From the NCBI GenBank assembly GCA_951406725.2, contig OX597816.1:96906001-96970000 (forward strand): 64,000 bases of DNA, given 5' to 3'. The DNA is from Octopus vulgaris (lineage: Eukaryota). A program made the position numbers and the translations under genes. The notes under the pieces were generated by a model, which was not told the origin of the DNA, did no database searches, and was given only the letters and a program-made list of their open reading frames with translations. Shown here piece by piece: positions 27,087 to 41,570 of the stretch. Each line of letters starts with the position of its first letter. Position 1 is the first letter of the stretch.

Positions 27087-27115
27087 GCTACTGCTGCTGC
27101 TGCTGCTGCTGCTGC
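26923..27115. repeat. (CCA)n/(CTA)n/(CTG)n compound microsatellite
   Basis: Direct reading. Confidence 0.97.
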
Positions 27116-27770
27116 TTCTGTGACAGTTTTACTTTTTCCTTCTTAGTTCTTCAGCACTGCGTGAACTCGAATGCATTCCCCTCTGCCCCTCTGCTCCTTT
27201 CTCGCTCTATTTGACTGCATGCATTCATTGTAAAATTTATTTTTCCTTATTCGTTTATAAACTCATCCCAAATAAGTATACACTTTTCCCATGAAACCAT
27301 CGCAGTTAATTGCCTATTTATATCGTAGGTCAACAAACAATTTGCCTCTTCTGTCGTTTTCTTTTTATTTGTTTCCTTCTTTCATCTTTTCTCTAAATAT
27401 ATTTATGCTAGTGTGTATACCTTTGTCATTATGGGTAATATCATGAAACAGCATATATGCTATATTTATAATGTAACTTTTATTCAATTTCTTGGTGCTT
27501 AAATAAATGATGAAATGATTACTAGTTTCAAAAGAAAAAGAAAACATTTATTTTCTTAAGACAGAATTAAATATAACAATATTTAAACGATAAAAAAAAA
27601 TCATAAATACAAAAAATGAAAAATTACTCTGTGTTGATTTTTGTATTATTGAGGTTCACACAAACAACGAGCAAACTTTCATCTTCTCTGTCATTGAAAA
27701 TAAGTTTATGTATGTACACACGCACGCACGCACATACATACATACATACATACATACATACATACATACA

Positions 27771-27801
<31 letters not shown>

Positions 27802-29546
27802 GTGTGTGTTTGTGTGTGTGAGTGTGTGTGTATATATACATACATGGATATATATATATAATTATATATCCATAAATATTTATATATACATTCATACATA
27901 CACGCGAACTCTCACAAATATATGTATGTATCACTCTTGCCCTCCGTCTGTCATCAATGACCATGGATAAAGGTTTTTTGTTGTCCGTCGCACATATAGG
28001 CTGCTCGAGTGTTGCTTGGGTTATAGCGTTGCCCGATTCCATCCCTCCAGCATAGGTTATTGGATAAGATCCGGGAATGGGTAGTATAGTATAGTATGGA
28101 AAATAGGTTGTAAGCTACGCAAGTAACTAGTGGATCGAAAGGAACAGCTCAGCCCAAGACCATTACGATTTGGCATCTGCGTCGTTGCAGGACTCGTCGT
28201 TGTCTGTAACGAGGTTATAGACAACGTTGTACTGGCTCTTGGACACCGACTCGTAATTTTTCCTCAGAGCTTGTTCCCAAAGCCCTTATAAAGGCTGGGT
28301 ATAGCCGTAAGGCAGCAGAGGACCACAATCAGGATTTCCCTTGCCCATTATGAGTTGCACCCGCTCTGCCGTAAATTTGACTTCCACCTGCCCGACTGAC
28401 TTGCTAATTAATCCATAGGTGGGACCGTGACAGGCGCATGTATTCTGTATCGGAATAGATCTGGGAATAATAGTGGCTAAGTAGTCACTTTGCACATCCC
28501 AAAACACTGGAACTCTCAAACCAAGGCCTCACCAATGGGTGTAGTTTAGAGTATATGTGTTATGTATGTATGTATGTATATATGTATGCATGCATGTATG
28601 TATGTATGTATGTATGTATGTATGTATGTATGTATGTATGTATGTATGTATGTATGTATGTATGTATGTATCTATGTATACATTCTCCCTCTGTTCCTCT
28701 TCCTCTGCCAGTGATTATCTTCTTTTCTGCAGTGTGTATGTGTATAGGGCCTGCCATTACACCTGGTATATGCATTCTTTCTACACCTCTTATGTCTACC
28801 CTCTCCGTGTATTCCTTTTACTCTCTCTCTTTGTCTGTCTCTCTTTTAGTTTCTTTCTCTTTTTTTTCTCTCTCTTTCTTACTCTCTCTTTATCTGTACG
28901 ATGTATAGCGTAACTGGAGAAATCAATCAACTAAAAAGCATTTAAGCAGCTATTAGCTTTCCATGTGTCACACTTTACACAAATATACTGCTGGAAGCTT
29001 TGAAACTGCGGTACACTTCTCGACGAATCATCTCGTATAGACACATAATGTTTTAAAAAAATACCCACAGAAACCCCGCACTGGCAAGCGAAAAGTGTCT
29101 AGTAGCAGTGGTAAAATTACTAAATACGTATTTTCTGCCTTTTTGAGCATCATCAATAGCAAACATACAATAGCATCGCGTACTTAGACAAATTTAGCCT
29201 CTACTAATACAGGAGTAGCAATTGGCCGACAGGCTGGATGCGATCCGTTATTAGTAACAGAAATAGTATTAATTCAAAACAGAATTCTGTATATCATACT
29301 TAACGCAAATATACTGTTGAAAGATTTCAACCCGTGGTATTCGTTTCGTGATAGCCTCTGTATATGTGTACTGTATTGTTAAGAGTCACTTCGCGGGTCA
29401 GAGTATTGACTTTTTGTAAAACTTTAAAATACTGAATTGTCGCAAACTGAATAATAAACGGGGCAATTTGATTGGTTAAAATTAATATTAAAAAAAGCCC
29501 ACACAGGTAGTCCAGACTTTGATTTTACTTCACTCAATCAGTAGTT

Positions 29547-32500
29547 ATGTCAGAATTATCATGTACTTACAAAAAAGGTAGATGTATTAGTTGCAAAGGA
29601 TGGTACAGATGTGGATGTACATGTCGTGGAGATAATAAAGGAAACGAAAATGTAAACACACATGCCGGAAAGAGAATACGACTTATGGGAGATGCCGGCA
29701 CACGCAAAACAAATATGAATACAAGAAAACGTAGTATGTATACGGAACAAGAAGATTCTGAACCAGAAGTTAGCGATCCATCACGAATTGTTTCAACAGT
29801 GGGGGCATTGTATGAAGCATTTGATTTAAAATCAGTATCATCATTACCGGGAAAAGCTAAACGTGAAAGTACCCGAATGGAAAACTTTGACGAAGCAGCT
29901 AAAAAGCGACTAGTGAAACTAACCAGTGCCATAGTGAAAAAAAGTATGCTCTATCATTAGTCTGTATGATGCCGAAGGCCGTATGAAAGAGGTAGTTAAA
30001 AACGAAGGAGAAGGTTTCGCCGATAAAGGCAAATTAGCGGAAAATATCATTAAAGTATGAAAGGCATTGCCGATAAATGTTGTACAAGCTGATGCTGTTA
30101 CAGCTCCATTAGCAGTATCCTTAGTTTCAAGTGTTTTGTAAGATCATTTTGGTATTGGTATGAAGAAAGTAGCTTCATTAAGACGAAAGTATAAACATAT
30201 GGCAAGTGGAAAGCAGCTTACACCTTCCAATAGATCAATTATACGATACGATCGTGATCAAATGGAAGCTGCAGTGGAGTTTGTTTTGTCAGATGCTAAT
30301 GTATGCTACATCTCATGGGGTACCAAAACATTTACGATTAATGACGAAGAAATACACCTCCCCCCCACAAGCTGATTAGGAAAAATAATGCAACTATAAT
30401 GCTACGTGATTACAAAGAAACCATACCTAAAAATAAACAATTAGGCTCTACATCATTCCGAAAGATAGTTAAAACATTAACTACCAAGGATCAAACAAAC
30501 AAGCGGTCGATTATATGTCGGGAGTATTAATGTATGAACATTTTGCACGTCTGAAGACTGTTGTTGCTATCAGTGCCGAATCAGAATCTTTGAAGGCTAT
30601 TTTCAATGGTTTAGAAGCTTACATTAAGACAACCTATGAGGGACACATTTCAGCATGTAGTGCCACGGATAAAGAGTTTTCTTTATCCATCACTGGAGCG
30701 GAAATGAAACAATGTGGTGTTTGTTGCTTCCCCAAGCATATAATATAATACATTAAACGGCATGTGGGCCCAGAACAGGAAATCCTATTGAATGATGCTA
30801 TGGAAAAATTATATCTTTTATTTAGTCATCGTGTGAGAGTACTTAACGCAACAGGACTGATGAAATGATGTCCAATTTACGTTTAGAAGATGCTATGGTT
30901 GTTATGGATTTCAAAATGAAATTCGAAGCTATATACTATAGGGAAAAAAACTACAGATTTTGACGGTAAGAAAGAGTCAATGTGGCATGGAACCATGATG
31001 TATACAAGATACACCGATGAAGGACGGTGTAATACTGAAAATTTAAAGGATTATCGTATCACTTACTTCGATCACATTTCTACCGGGGATAGTAAGCAAG
31101 ACTGTGTAGCTGTTATGTCCTTTTTTGATGCAGTATGTAGACAAATATCGACCAAATTTCCATACATTCGAAATCTTTATGTACTATCTGACAACGCAAG
31201 ATGTTCTAAGAAGGGAAACTTATTGCTTACATTATATAAAATTGCAGATAGATACAACCTTAAACTTTGTACTTTTGTACACAGTGGTGTACAAGATGGT
31301 AAAGGCTGTATTGACACTCATTTTGCTACAGCTATGGGGCATGTGTATACGCATTGTAATATGGGCTCAGATGTTATAACTCCTGTTGAATTAGTTGATG
31401 CCATAAATGCTAATGGCGATGTAATACAGTGGCAGAATCGGTTGGTATTAATAGACCTGCTGTTAAACAGTTTGAACAGGAAAACTTGGAGATAATCGGA
31501 AAATTACAAAACATAGGCGATCATATGGAAGTATAGTCTGATTCGACAAGAAATTCTGCTTCAGATTATGAAAATGTGAATTTACCATTAACAGCAACAT
31601 ACAACCTTATCAATGACGCTACGAACGACGTAAATGAAGGAAATTGTGAAAGCCAATCCTATGAAGAAGATTGTGCTTCCAATGAAAATGAAATATTTGA
31701 TACAGACACTGTTGAATATATTGGTACTGTAGAGAAAGGTAGAGGCAGCTTAACAAAATGTATTGTTTATGGTGTTGAGGGGAATATCCCAGAGAAGCAT
31801 CGTATTGGACTTGCTGTAGCATCACATATTAATGATTCGGATATGGAATCAGACGATGAAAATCCTCTTCAATGTAATTTATGTCGTAGGGAATTCGCAA
31901 CTGCCTACAAAATGGAAATCCATAATTGCAAGGGAGCCTTAGGACAACAAGATTTAATTAGTTAAGCTATTGTTTATGCTAAAGATATATATGAACAGCA
32001 TCAATTTGAGATGATTAATACTAGTTCAAATGTTGAATAACTTGTTTGATCGCAATAAATGTTTGATCGCATTCATGAAGCAATTCAGCATGTTGTGGAT
32101 TTGAAACAGGATGGGCAAGAAAAGGAAAGCACGGTAATAAGTATGGTCGAAAGTATGTGGATCTTTTAAACAAGAAATTGTTGATATGTTTAATTTGGGT
32201 TATGAAAACGAAGCTATGAAAAGAAGTTCAAGTAAAATGTTAGTGGAACTTAAACGTAAACATCTTGGGCGTTTGGATTTACCATCGGAAATAGAAATTC
32301 GAACTGTTATTTCATTCTTGATGACAAAGAAAAGAAAGGAGCAATTAACATTGTATAATGCTAGCCGTGGAATTCATGAGCCATTCAAGTCAACGGTGCT
32401 GGAAATATTTCGGGAAGATCCTAATATTACACCACGCAGGGCATGGGAATTGTTCCAACAAAGACATCCTCCACACGACGATATATCCACGTATCCAACT

Positions 32501-32569
32501 GAGGCAAAAATAAAGAGCAAAATATCTTCTTTAAAGGTTAAGTATAGGAAAACAGGTGAAACACTTTAA
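29547..32569 (+). pseudogene. Decayed DDD transposase gene, Sola3-like
   Basis: Collinear fragments: N-terminal Cys cluster (C..KGRCISCKGWYRCGCTC); ISWGTK..LP..IRK; VMDFKMKFEAIYYREK..DFDGKK..WHG (~30900-30990); KQDCVAV; LSDNARC; QDGKGCIDTHFA; C2HC-like CNLC..F....H.C; GWARKGKHG..YG; DLPSE.EIR. Many stops and frameshifts. No TIRs identified. Confidence 0.7.
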
Positions 32570-32883
32570 AGAAAACATTGTAACTTTTCGAAAAATTGAC
32601 ATTTTCGAGAAAATAAAGTATTTTCGAGAATTTTATAAAGATGCGACACAAAATATATAATACTGTAGCTATAGCACGATTTTACTGAGTTTTGGTAATT
32701 TAGGTCTCTACAAAACTGGGTCCAACTTCCATACTCTGAGTCGTGTAACGACTTTTAAAACACACAGAAAAGTATCGGCTTTTATTATATAAACGTCTTT
32801 GTGATCTTTCTATTTCCGTTTCTTTAAACTTTCAGTCATGTACATACATACATACATATACATATACATATATATTCGCATAC

Positions 32884-32951
<68 letters not shown>

Positions 32952-33003
32952 ATATATATGTAAATTGATCAAAATAAAATAAAAACATGATGCGAAGGAT
33001 TCA

Positions 33004-33081
33004 GCGGTACATATGTTTCGGGCCTTTATTAGACAGATTTATAACAATGCATAATGTATGTCTGTGGCCTTCTTCAGCCGC
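33004..33081 (-). ncRNA. Type-I hammerhead ribozyme (left arm)
   Basis: Reverse complement of the 36869-36946 copy. Confidence 0.8.
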
Positions 33082-35001
33082 GCACAACAGCTTCCACAAG
33101 GACATGTGTTACATCAAAAATTCTTGGTTGGGGATGCAAATCCTCTCATTCACGTACGACATAATGCGGCAGCAGCATAGAGTTGAAGCGTCCATCTCTT
33201 TCTTCTCTCAATGTAGAATGAGGAAGATTGGATGTTGAGGTAATGTAAATAAATAAATACATATATAGAGGTGAAGATGGGGGGGGGGGGCGAGAGTTCG
33301 GGACGAGGGATAAAAAATGTATAAAAAGTGTAAGTATAGAATAATATAAAAATGTAGAGGATAAAGATATAAAGAGTTGTAAGGAGATGTAAAGGGGGTA
33401 TAAAGAAATATAAAGAAATATAAATAAATGTAAAGGCATAAGGTTATAAAGTAAAAATAGAAATAGAAATAAAAGTAAAAAACCCTGATAAAAACATGAT
33501 AAAAGTGTAAAAGAATGTAAAGATAAGGGATGTATAGAGGTTACGGACCAAGCATGGTGGTCATGAGATTGATAAAATTTAGTTGTAGAATTGTCAGTAA
33601 ATCAACATTTTCGTCTGGGGACTTAATGCGTTGTAAATCAGAGCTGATGAGCATTTGATCTGGTTCCTTGAATTAAATGGACTTCTAGTACATACATATC
33701 ATCATGGATACATACACCCGCATACACGCGTACATATATGCCTCCAAGCCTATAAGCATACACACGCACTCGCGCGTAAACACGTACATAAACACACACG
33801 CACCCACACGCACGCGCGTACACACACATACATACAACAGAATATCCGCATATATACACGGACATTACGCGCGTACACGCTCACATGTATATACGCGCGC
33901 CCATCACTACATACACACACGTGTATGCCCACGCCTCTAGGTCCAGGTATAAGATATTAAAGGATGTGTATAAGAACGTATGTAAAGAATCCCGTACTCA
34001 TGTCAATACGCGCACGCACACACGGCTGTGTGTCCGTATGTGCGTGCACATATACACCCATATACACACACAGAGACATACGTGCACATGGGTATAGCTA
34101 TAAGATATCGAAGCATGCATGTACATATATGCGCGTGCACATGTATGCATGCGCATACACACGTACGCGGACGCTCGTATATTCAAAAGGTGGATCTATA
34201 GGTAAGTAAATAAACATATATAGAGGTGTAAAGCGATAAGTTAGGGGTAAGAATGAGGGTAAGGGTAAAGATTAGAAATAAAAAATACAGTATAAATTAA
34301 GAAATACAATGTAATAGTTAGAAATGAAGTATAAGAATTATAAAAATTATAAGAGTTAAGGTAAGGGATGAAAATGAAAATGAGAATAAATGGAAGTAGA
34401 ATAAAAGTAAAAATAAAATTAAAAATAAAATTAAAAATAAAAATAAATGGAAGTAGGATAAAAGTAAAATAAAAGTAAAAATAAAAATAAAATAAAATAA
34501 GATAAAAATATAATTTTGTAAAGTTTAACGTGAGATGAAGTTGGTTGAAAGTTAGAGGTGTGTGTTAAACGTAGGGGCGGGCGGGGGGAACTGAAAATTG
34601 GAAGGGTGGGAAGTGGAGTTTGGCGGTGTGCGTTCAACATCTGAGTTAGAAATGTGAAAGGGTATAGATATAGGGAATTAAAGAGACTACATAGGGAGGA
34701 TATGGGTGTAGGAGAAGAAATATTTAGGGAAAAGAAGTCATATATGGGAGACAAAATTTGTATATATAGGGGGAAAATGCAGGGAACCGTATATGCACAT
34801 ACACACACCCACACACACACACACACACGCACATGTATATATATATGTATATGTACACATACGTACACGTATGTGCACATACATACGCACACACACACAC
34901 ACACACACACATACGCACGCACATATAGGAAAGCGGGATGTGCTGGAGCCGACAGGTTGCACCGGGTGGGAGGAAATTGCATGGGGGAGTTGGTATAAGA
35001 C

Positions 35002-35166
35002 CTAAGCATTGTAGTATTTGAAAGTATTAATAAGTTTATGTATACAGGATGGTTTGAACTCTGACCTTTTGTTAATAAGATTGTGTTTGTCTTTGAATTT
35101 CAAGATGTTCAGGAGTTCTACACAGCATAGTTGGCATCCTGCTCTATTATTTAAATAAGGTGCAGC
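35002..35166 (-). pseudogene. C-terminal fragment of PLE GIY-YIG endonuclease
   Basis: AAPYLNNRAGCQLCCVELLNILKFKDKHNLINKRSEFKPSCIHKLINTFKYYNA* fits the PLE C-terminal pattern PY..CxLC..E...I....LNKRSE...CxH. Confidence 0.8.
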
Positions 35167-36868
35167 TTATTTAAGGTGTGTGTGTGTGTGTGTGGGTGTG
35201 TGTATGTGCATATACGGTTCCCTGCATTTTCCCCCTATATATACAAATTTTGTCTCCCATATATGACTTCTTTTCCCTAAATATTTCTTCTCCTACACCC
35301 ATATCCTCCCTATGTAGTCTCTTTAATTCCCTATATCTATACCCTTTCACATTTCTAACTCAGATGTTGAACGCACACCGCCAAACTCCACTTCCCACCC
35401 TTCCAATTTTCAGTTCCCCCCGCCCGCCCCTACGTTTAACACACACCTCTAACTTTCAACCAACTTCATCTCACGTTAAACTTTACAAAATTATATTTTT
35501 ATCTTATTTTATTTTATTTTTATTTTTACTTTTATTTTACTTTTATCCTACTTCCATTTATTTTTATTTTTAATTTTATTTTTAATTTTATTTTTACTTT
35601 TATTCTACTTCCATTTATTCTCATTTTCATTTTCATCCCTTACCTTAACTCTTATAATTTTTATAATTCTTATACTTCATTTCTAACTATTACATTGTAT
35701 TTCTTATTTTATACTGTATTTTTTATTTCTAATCTTTACCCTTACCCTCATTCTTACCCCTAACTTATCGCTTTACACCTCTATATATGTTTATTTACTT
35801 ACCTATAGATCCACCTTTTGAATATACGAGCGTCCGCGTACGTGTGTATGCGCATGCATACATGTGCACGCGCATATATGTACATGCATGCTTCGATATC
35901 TTATAGCTATACCCATGTGCACGTATGTCTCTGTGTGTGTATATGGGTGTATATGTGCACGCACATACGGACACACAGCCGTGTGTGCGTGCGCGTATTG
36001 ACATGAGTACGGGATTCTTTACATACGTTCTTATACACATCCTTTAATATCTTATACCTGGACCTAGAGGCGTGGGCATACACGTGTGTGTATGTAGTGA
36101 TGGGCGCGCGTATATACATGTGAGCGTGTACGCGCGTAATGTCCGTGTATATATGCGGATATTCTGTTGTATGTATGTGTGTGTACGCGCGTGCGTGTGG
36201 GTGCGTGTGTGTTTATGTACGTGTTTACGCGCGAGTGCGTGTGTATGCTTATAGGCTTGGAGGCATAGAAGTCCATTTAATTCAAGGAACCAGATCAAAT
36301 GCTCATCAGCTCTGATTTACAACGCATTAAGTCCCCAGACGAAAATGTTGATTTACTGACAATTCTACAACTAAATTTTATCAATCTCATGACCACCATG
36401 CTTGGTCCGTAACCTCTATACATCCCTTATCTTTACATTCTTTTACACTTTTATCATGTTTTTATCAGGTTTTTTTTTAACTTTTATTTCTATTTCTATT
36501 TTTACTTTATAACCTTATGCCTTTACATTTATTTATATTTCTTTATATTTCTTTATACCCCCTTTACATCTCCTTACAACTCTTTATATCTTTATCCTCT
36601 ACATTTTTATATTATTCTATACTTACACTTTTTATACATTTTTTATCCCTCGTCCCGAACTCTCGCCCCCCATCTTCACCTCTATATATGTATTTATTTA
36701 TTTACATTACCTCAACATCCAATCTTCCTCATTCTACATTGAGAGAAGAAAGAGATGGACGCTTCAACTCTATGCTGCTGCCGCATTATGTCGTACGTGA
36801 ATGAGAGGATTTGCATCCCCAACCAAGAATTTTTGATGTAACACATGTCCTTGTGGAAGCTGTTGTGC

Positions 36869-36946
36869 GCGGCTGAAGAAGGCCACAGACATACATTATG
36901 CATTGTTATAAATCTGTCTAATAAAGGCCCGAAACATATGTACCGC
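36869..36946 (+). ncRNA. Type-I hammerhead ribozyme with extended stem II (right arm)
   Basis: GCGG CUGAAGA a GGCC acaga...ucugu..GGCC c GAAAC auau GUA CCGC. Palindromic stem III (CAUAUG). Confidence 0.8.
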
Positions 36947-37067
36947 TGAATCCTTCGCATCATGTTTTTATTTTATTTTGATCAATTTACTCCACCACCT
37001 ACACCACCAAACGGTATACACAGGTGCTTATAATTATCAAGTACTCACCCCGAATTTCTATACTCAA

Positions 37068-37117
<50 letters not shown>

Positions 37118-37148
37118 GTATATATATATATGTATATATATATATATC

Positions 37149-38145
37149 TAGTATGCTCCAAAGATTTTCAATTGGGTTCATGTCAGGAGATTGGCTCGAC
37201 CAAGGAAGCTTTTTGAATCCATTTTCAGTCAGCCATTGATTCCTTTTCGCTGTGTGGAACGGTGGCCCCCATCTTCCATGAATAAAAACTCATTTTTCAT
37301 TATGTTATCGTGTGAATGCATCGGAAGTAGTCCTTACTTAAGTATTTCGATGTATTTTTCAGAGTTTATGAGTCCAACACATTCGATCAGCTCACAACGA
37401 CCATTGCTTGTAACAGCTCCCTATACTATTACAGAGATACCGCCATGTTTCACAGTTGGTTGGAGTCATTTCAAATCAAATTCTTGATTGGGAAGCCTCT
37501 AGACTCGAACACGTTCACTGTTTGAAAATAATGCAAATCTGGACTGATCTGAGAAAATCACTCTATCCCAAATTGAACTGGACTTTGCTGACATCTCCTT
37601 AGCCCATTTCTTTCTTTTCATGATATTAATTGGTTGAAGGAGAGGTTTCCTCTAGCTGCTCGTCCATAATACCCAAGCTTATGCAGATATGTAACACACG
37701 TTCTTGGACTAACTTCTATCTGTTTTGCAATGTCAGAAGCCTTCGAACGGGGTTCGTTTTCCACAATTCTCTTCAAACGCCGAAGCTTTCTTTCCAAGGT
37801 CCCAGGTCGGCGGGGAGGAGAATCTGTTGATTCTTTTCCTTGGCTTTTGAATTGCACTATAATTCTATTAATAGTAGCAAGAGGAATTTGAAGATTTTCG
37901 GCAATTTTTCGCTGGCTAAGACCAGCCTCCGATTGTCCAACAATACAACATCTTTGAAAATCTGACAGTTCTGCTGAATTTTTTGTGCGTAGCATGGTCA
38001 CTCTTCGCAAATGTTTAATATAATGGCACTTGGAACGAAAAAGAATAATTGCTTTGTAAATTCTGCACCGCTGAAAATATATTAAGACGCTTAGATCAGA
38101 AATTTTGAAAATTAAAGTTGTTTATTAACTTCTTACATGTCTGTG
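37149..38145 (-). mobile_element. Tc1-family (DD34E-type) transposon fossil, 3'-truncated at (TA)n
   Basis: HTH region ELSDFQR..IVG..GLSQRKIA; WDRVIFSDQSRF; TVKHGG; WSSQSPDMNPIENLW. Contains stops and frameshifts. Confidence 0.9.
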
Positions 38146-38146
38146 C

Positions 38147-38179
<33 letters not shown>

Positions 38180-38189
38180 TGTATGTATG

Positions 38190-38288
<99 letters not shown>

Positions 38289-38559
38289 GTGAGTGTTCGC
38301 GAATGTCGCGAATGTAATATATATATATATATAATTATACATATGCATACACCAGCACCTACACCATCTTTCACACACCTACACATGCACACACGCACAT
38401 GTCAAGATCACTAGCCTCCTTCCACACGCACATACACGCTCTCTCACACACACACGCACGCGCACCTTCGTTTTAGGATCACCGCTACATTACTATCTCC
38501 CTTTCTTCCTTTTTCTCCTGTGTAAGCCCTCTGTCCGGCATTCGCCATGATAGATCGCC

Positions 38560-39095
<536 letters not shown>

Positions 39096-39126
39096 CCTCA
39101 ATGCCTGTATGTCTGTATATATATGT

Positions 39127-39506
39127 GGAGGCGCAATGGCCCAGTGGTTAGGGCAGCGGACTCGCGGTCATTGTGAGTGTTGTCATTGCGGGCGTTGTGA
39201 GTGTTTATTGAACGAAAACACCTAAAGCTCCACGAGGCTCCGGCAGGGGATGGTGGTGATCCCTGCTGTACTCTTTCACCACAACTTTCTCTCACTCTTA
39301 CTTCCTGCTTCTATTGTACCTGTATTTCAAAGGGCCGGCCTTGTCACTCTCTGTGTCACGCTGAATATCCCCAAGAACTACGTTAAGGGTACACGTGTCT
39401 GTGGAGTGCTCAGCCACTTACACGTTAATTTCACGAGCAGGCTGTTCCGTTGATTCGGATCAACCGGAACCCTCGTCGTCGTAACCGACGGAGTGCTTCC
39501 ATCCAC

Positions 39507-39508
<2 letters not shown>
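39127..39508 (+). mobile_element. tRNA-derived SINE (third family), B-box region rearranged
   Basis: ggaggcgcaatggcccagtggttagggcagcggactcgcgg head and a (TA)n tail. Confidence 0.75.
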
Positions 39509-39581
<73 letters not shown>

Positions 39582-41084
39582 CATATACATATATACACAC
39601 ACATGATTGACCGTGTGTGTGTACTCGTATGCAAAATACAATGTGTGATTTATATAGTACATAGAGTGGTAACATCGTATGTAGACAATTTATTCTTATC
39701 AATATTTGCCTTTGTGGATGACCTTCAACGCGTTTCCTTTCCTATAATTAAATATGACAAATGTTTTTCTTGAGTTTTCGATATATAAACGTAAAACTAT
39801 ATGCGATCTCATCTGTCCTGAAATCGCCAGAAGTTGTTTACATCATCTTTAACATCTTCTATAAGCCAATTTCTTATTATTATCTTTCCTTTTTTATACA
39901 TTTGCAACTAACTTCACTAAGGATTTCTCAGACAGTTGTTTCCGTTTTGTTTTCAGTCCATTAGAAAAACACAAATCGAAACAAATCTGTTTCCCATATG
40001 ATTGTTACTGGTTGACTTATATAATCAGCTACACATATTTTCTTCGAATATAAATGCTTCAGTTTAAACACATGGTGTGCTCATAGTTATCATCCATTAT
40101 AGGGAAGACAACCTCTCCCAGATAAAGATAAGTTGATGCGAATTTAAAAGTTTGGAATTTACATCAAAGTATGTGTAGAGAGTATACACGTTTAATATAT
40201 TTTTCATCACTATTTAAGTTATTATTTAATCTCGAAGGTGGGGACACACAGATATATATCTAAATTTGACGGACACAATGATCTACCAAATGTATCATCC
40301 TTCCTCTACTGGTTGCTTATACGTGACATTTTTCGAACTATATCTGCCAACATTACGAAATAATTCCGAGCATCCACAAAAATCTGTCGGCCCTGTAACA
40401 CCATACCTCGCCACTTAATTTTCTGTGTCTTTGTACTCTATGTATGTTTGCTCTGTTAATATATAAATATCTATATATTTATACAGGAAAATCCATCGTC
40501 GCTATATTTTCAGTCTTTGTTTTCTCTCTATGTACATGTATATGTGTAAGTATATTTTGACTATCTCGCCTATGCAGTTTTATTTGTTTATTTGCACCAT
40601 TACATCTATATCTGCTCACCTAGATTCCTCTTATGTATGTATGTATGTATGTATGTATGTATGTATGTATGTATGTATGTATGTATGTATGTATGTATGT
40701 ATGTATGTATGTATGTATGTATATAAGGATAATGAGAAAGCATATACAATTAGCTGGGAGTTAATTAGTAGAGCTAATTAGTAGAGGTAGAAGACGGTGT
40801 AAATTAGAAGAAATTTAGCAAATTCTTACAGCAAATTTAAATTAATAAACCACAGGCAGGAAAGCGCAATAAGATGTATTCATCAATCGAAGTCTACCTT
40901 TAAGAGATTTAAATAATTGCATGATACGTCCTGCTAAAATTAGAATCGGAATTTAAGTAAGCCATAGCAAATAAAGAACTTAATTAGATCTAAATTCGTA
41001 CATAAATTGAGGTTAAGTTTAAAGAGTTGAAAACGAATTATAAGTTGAATTTAAAATTAGCAAATAAATAATTGACCCATAGTT

Positions 41085-41570
41085 TATTATTATTATTACT
41101 CTATGTTTGACTTTTGCTTTACATTTGTACGAGTTGTCTCCAGGTTTCACCCAGAGACCTCAAGAGACAACAAGTAGTAAGTTCATGTTGGTGTTATGCC
41201 TAGGGTGCCATATATTTGGTTTTGTACTTAGTGTTGTACTAGTGAATGTTTAAGAAACCATAAGAAAATAGAGATTACATAGAAAGTATTTTGCGTAGGA
41301 TATGAGCAGTTCCCATGAGCATTATCTTTTGAATTTCTGATATTTTTGGGTTTCCTGGTATCTGAGCAAGGTAGCAATGAGCCCCTTTTACTATCATTCC
41401 CTGGGCACCTATGACAACAGGTATTGTTTTAGTCCTCAGGTTCCGCATTTTGCTAATTTCTATTTCAAGATCTTTATATTTGCTCAGTTTTTGGTAGGTC
41501 TTGACAGATACGTTTATATCGATTGGGACAGTCATATCAACGAGGAGGCATGATATTTGTGTGAAGTCTT
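41085..41570 (-). mobile_element. Older R4/Dong 3' fragment (RLE C-terminus plus 3' UTR)
   Basis: CLLVDMTVP..KLSKYKDLEIEI..TIPVVIGA.G..EIQKI.LMGTAHILRK. Short (TAA)n tail at ~41085-41098. Confidence 0.85.

Larger units (their letters stand above)
32960..37068. mobile_element. Penelope-like element with ~1.85-kb inverted arms (32960-34828 and 35176-36990) and a one-sided tail (36991-37068)
   Basis: Mirror ORFs in the track. Arms near-identical apart from a ~50-bp deletion and a G-run. Spacer holds a GIY-YIG C-terminus. Hammerhead near each outer end. (TA)n on both flanks. Confidence 0.9.

Noticed and set aside
28930-32800. TIRs and TTAA TSD for the Sola-like element
   Set aside because: I found no convincing inverted match between the flanks by eye, so the boundaries are left undefined.
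33638-36298. Mirror-image ORF pairs as duplicated genes
   Set aside because: They come from the low-complexity UTR of the inverted PLE arms and have no recognisable domains.
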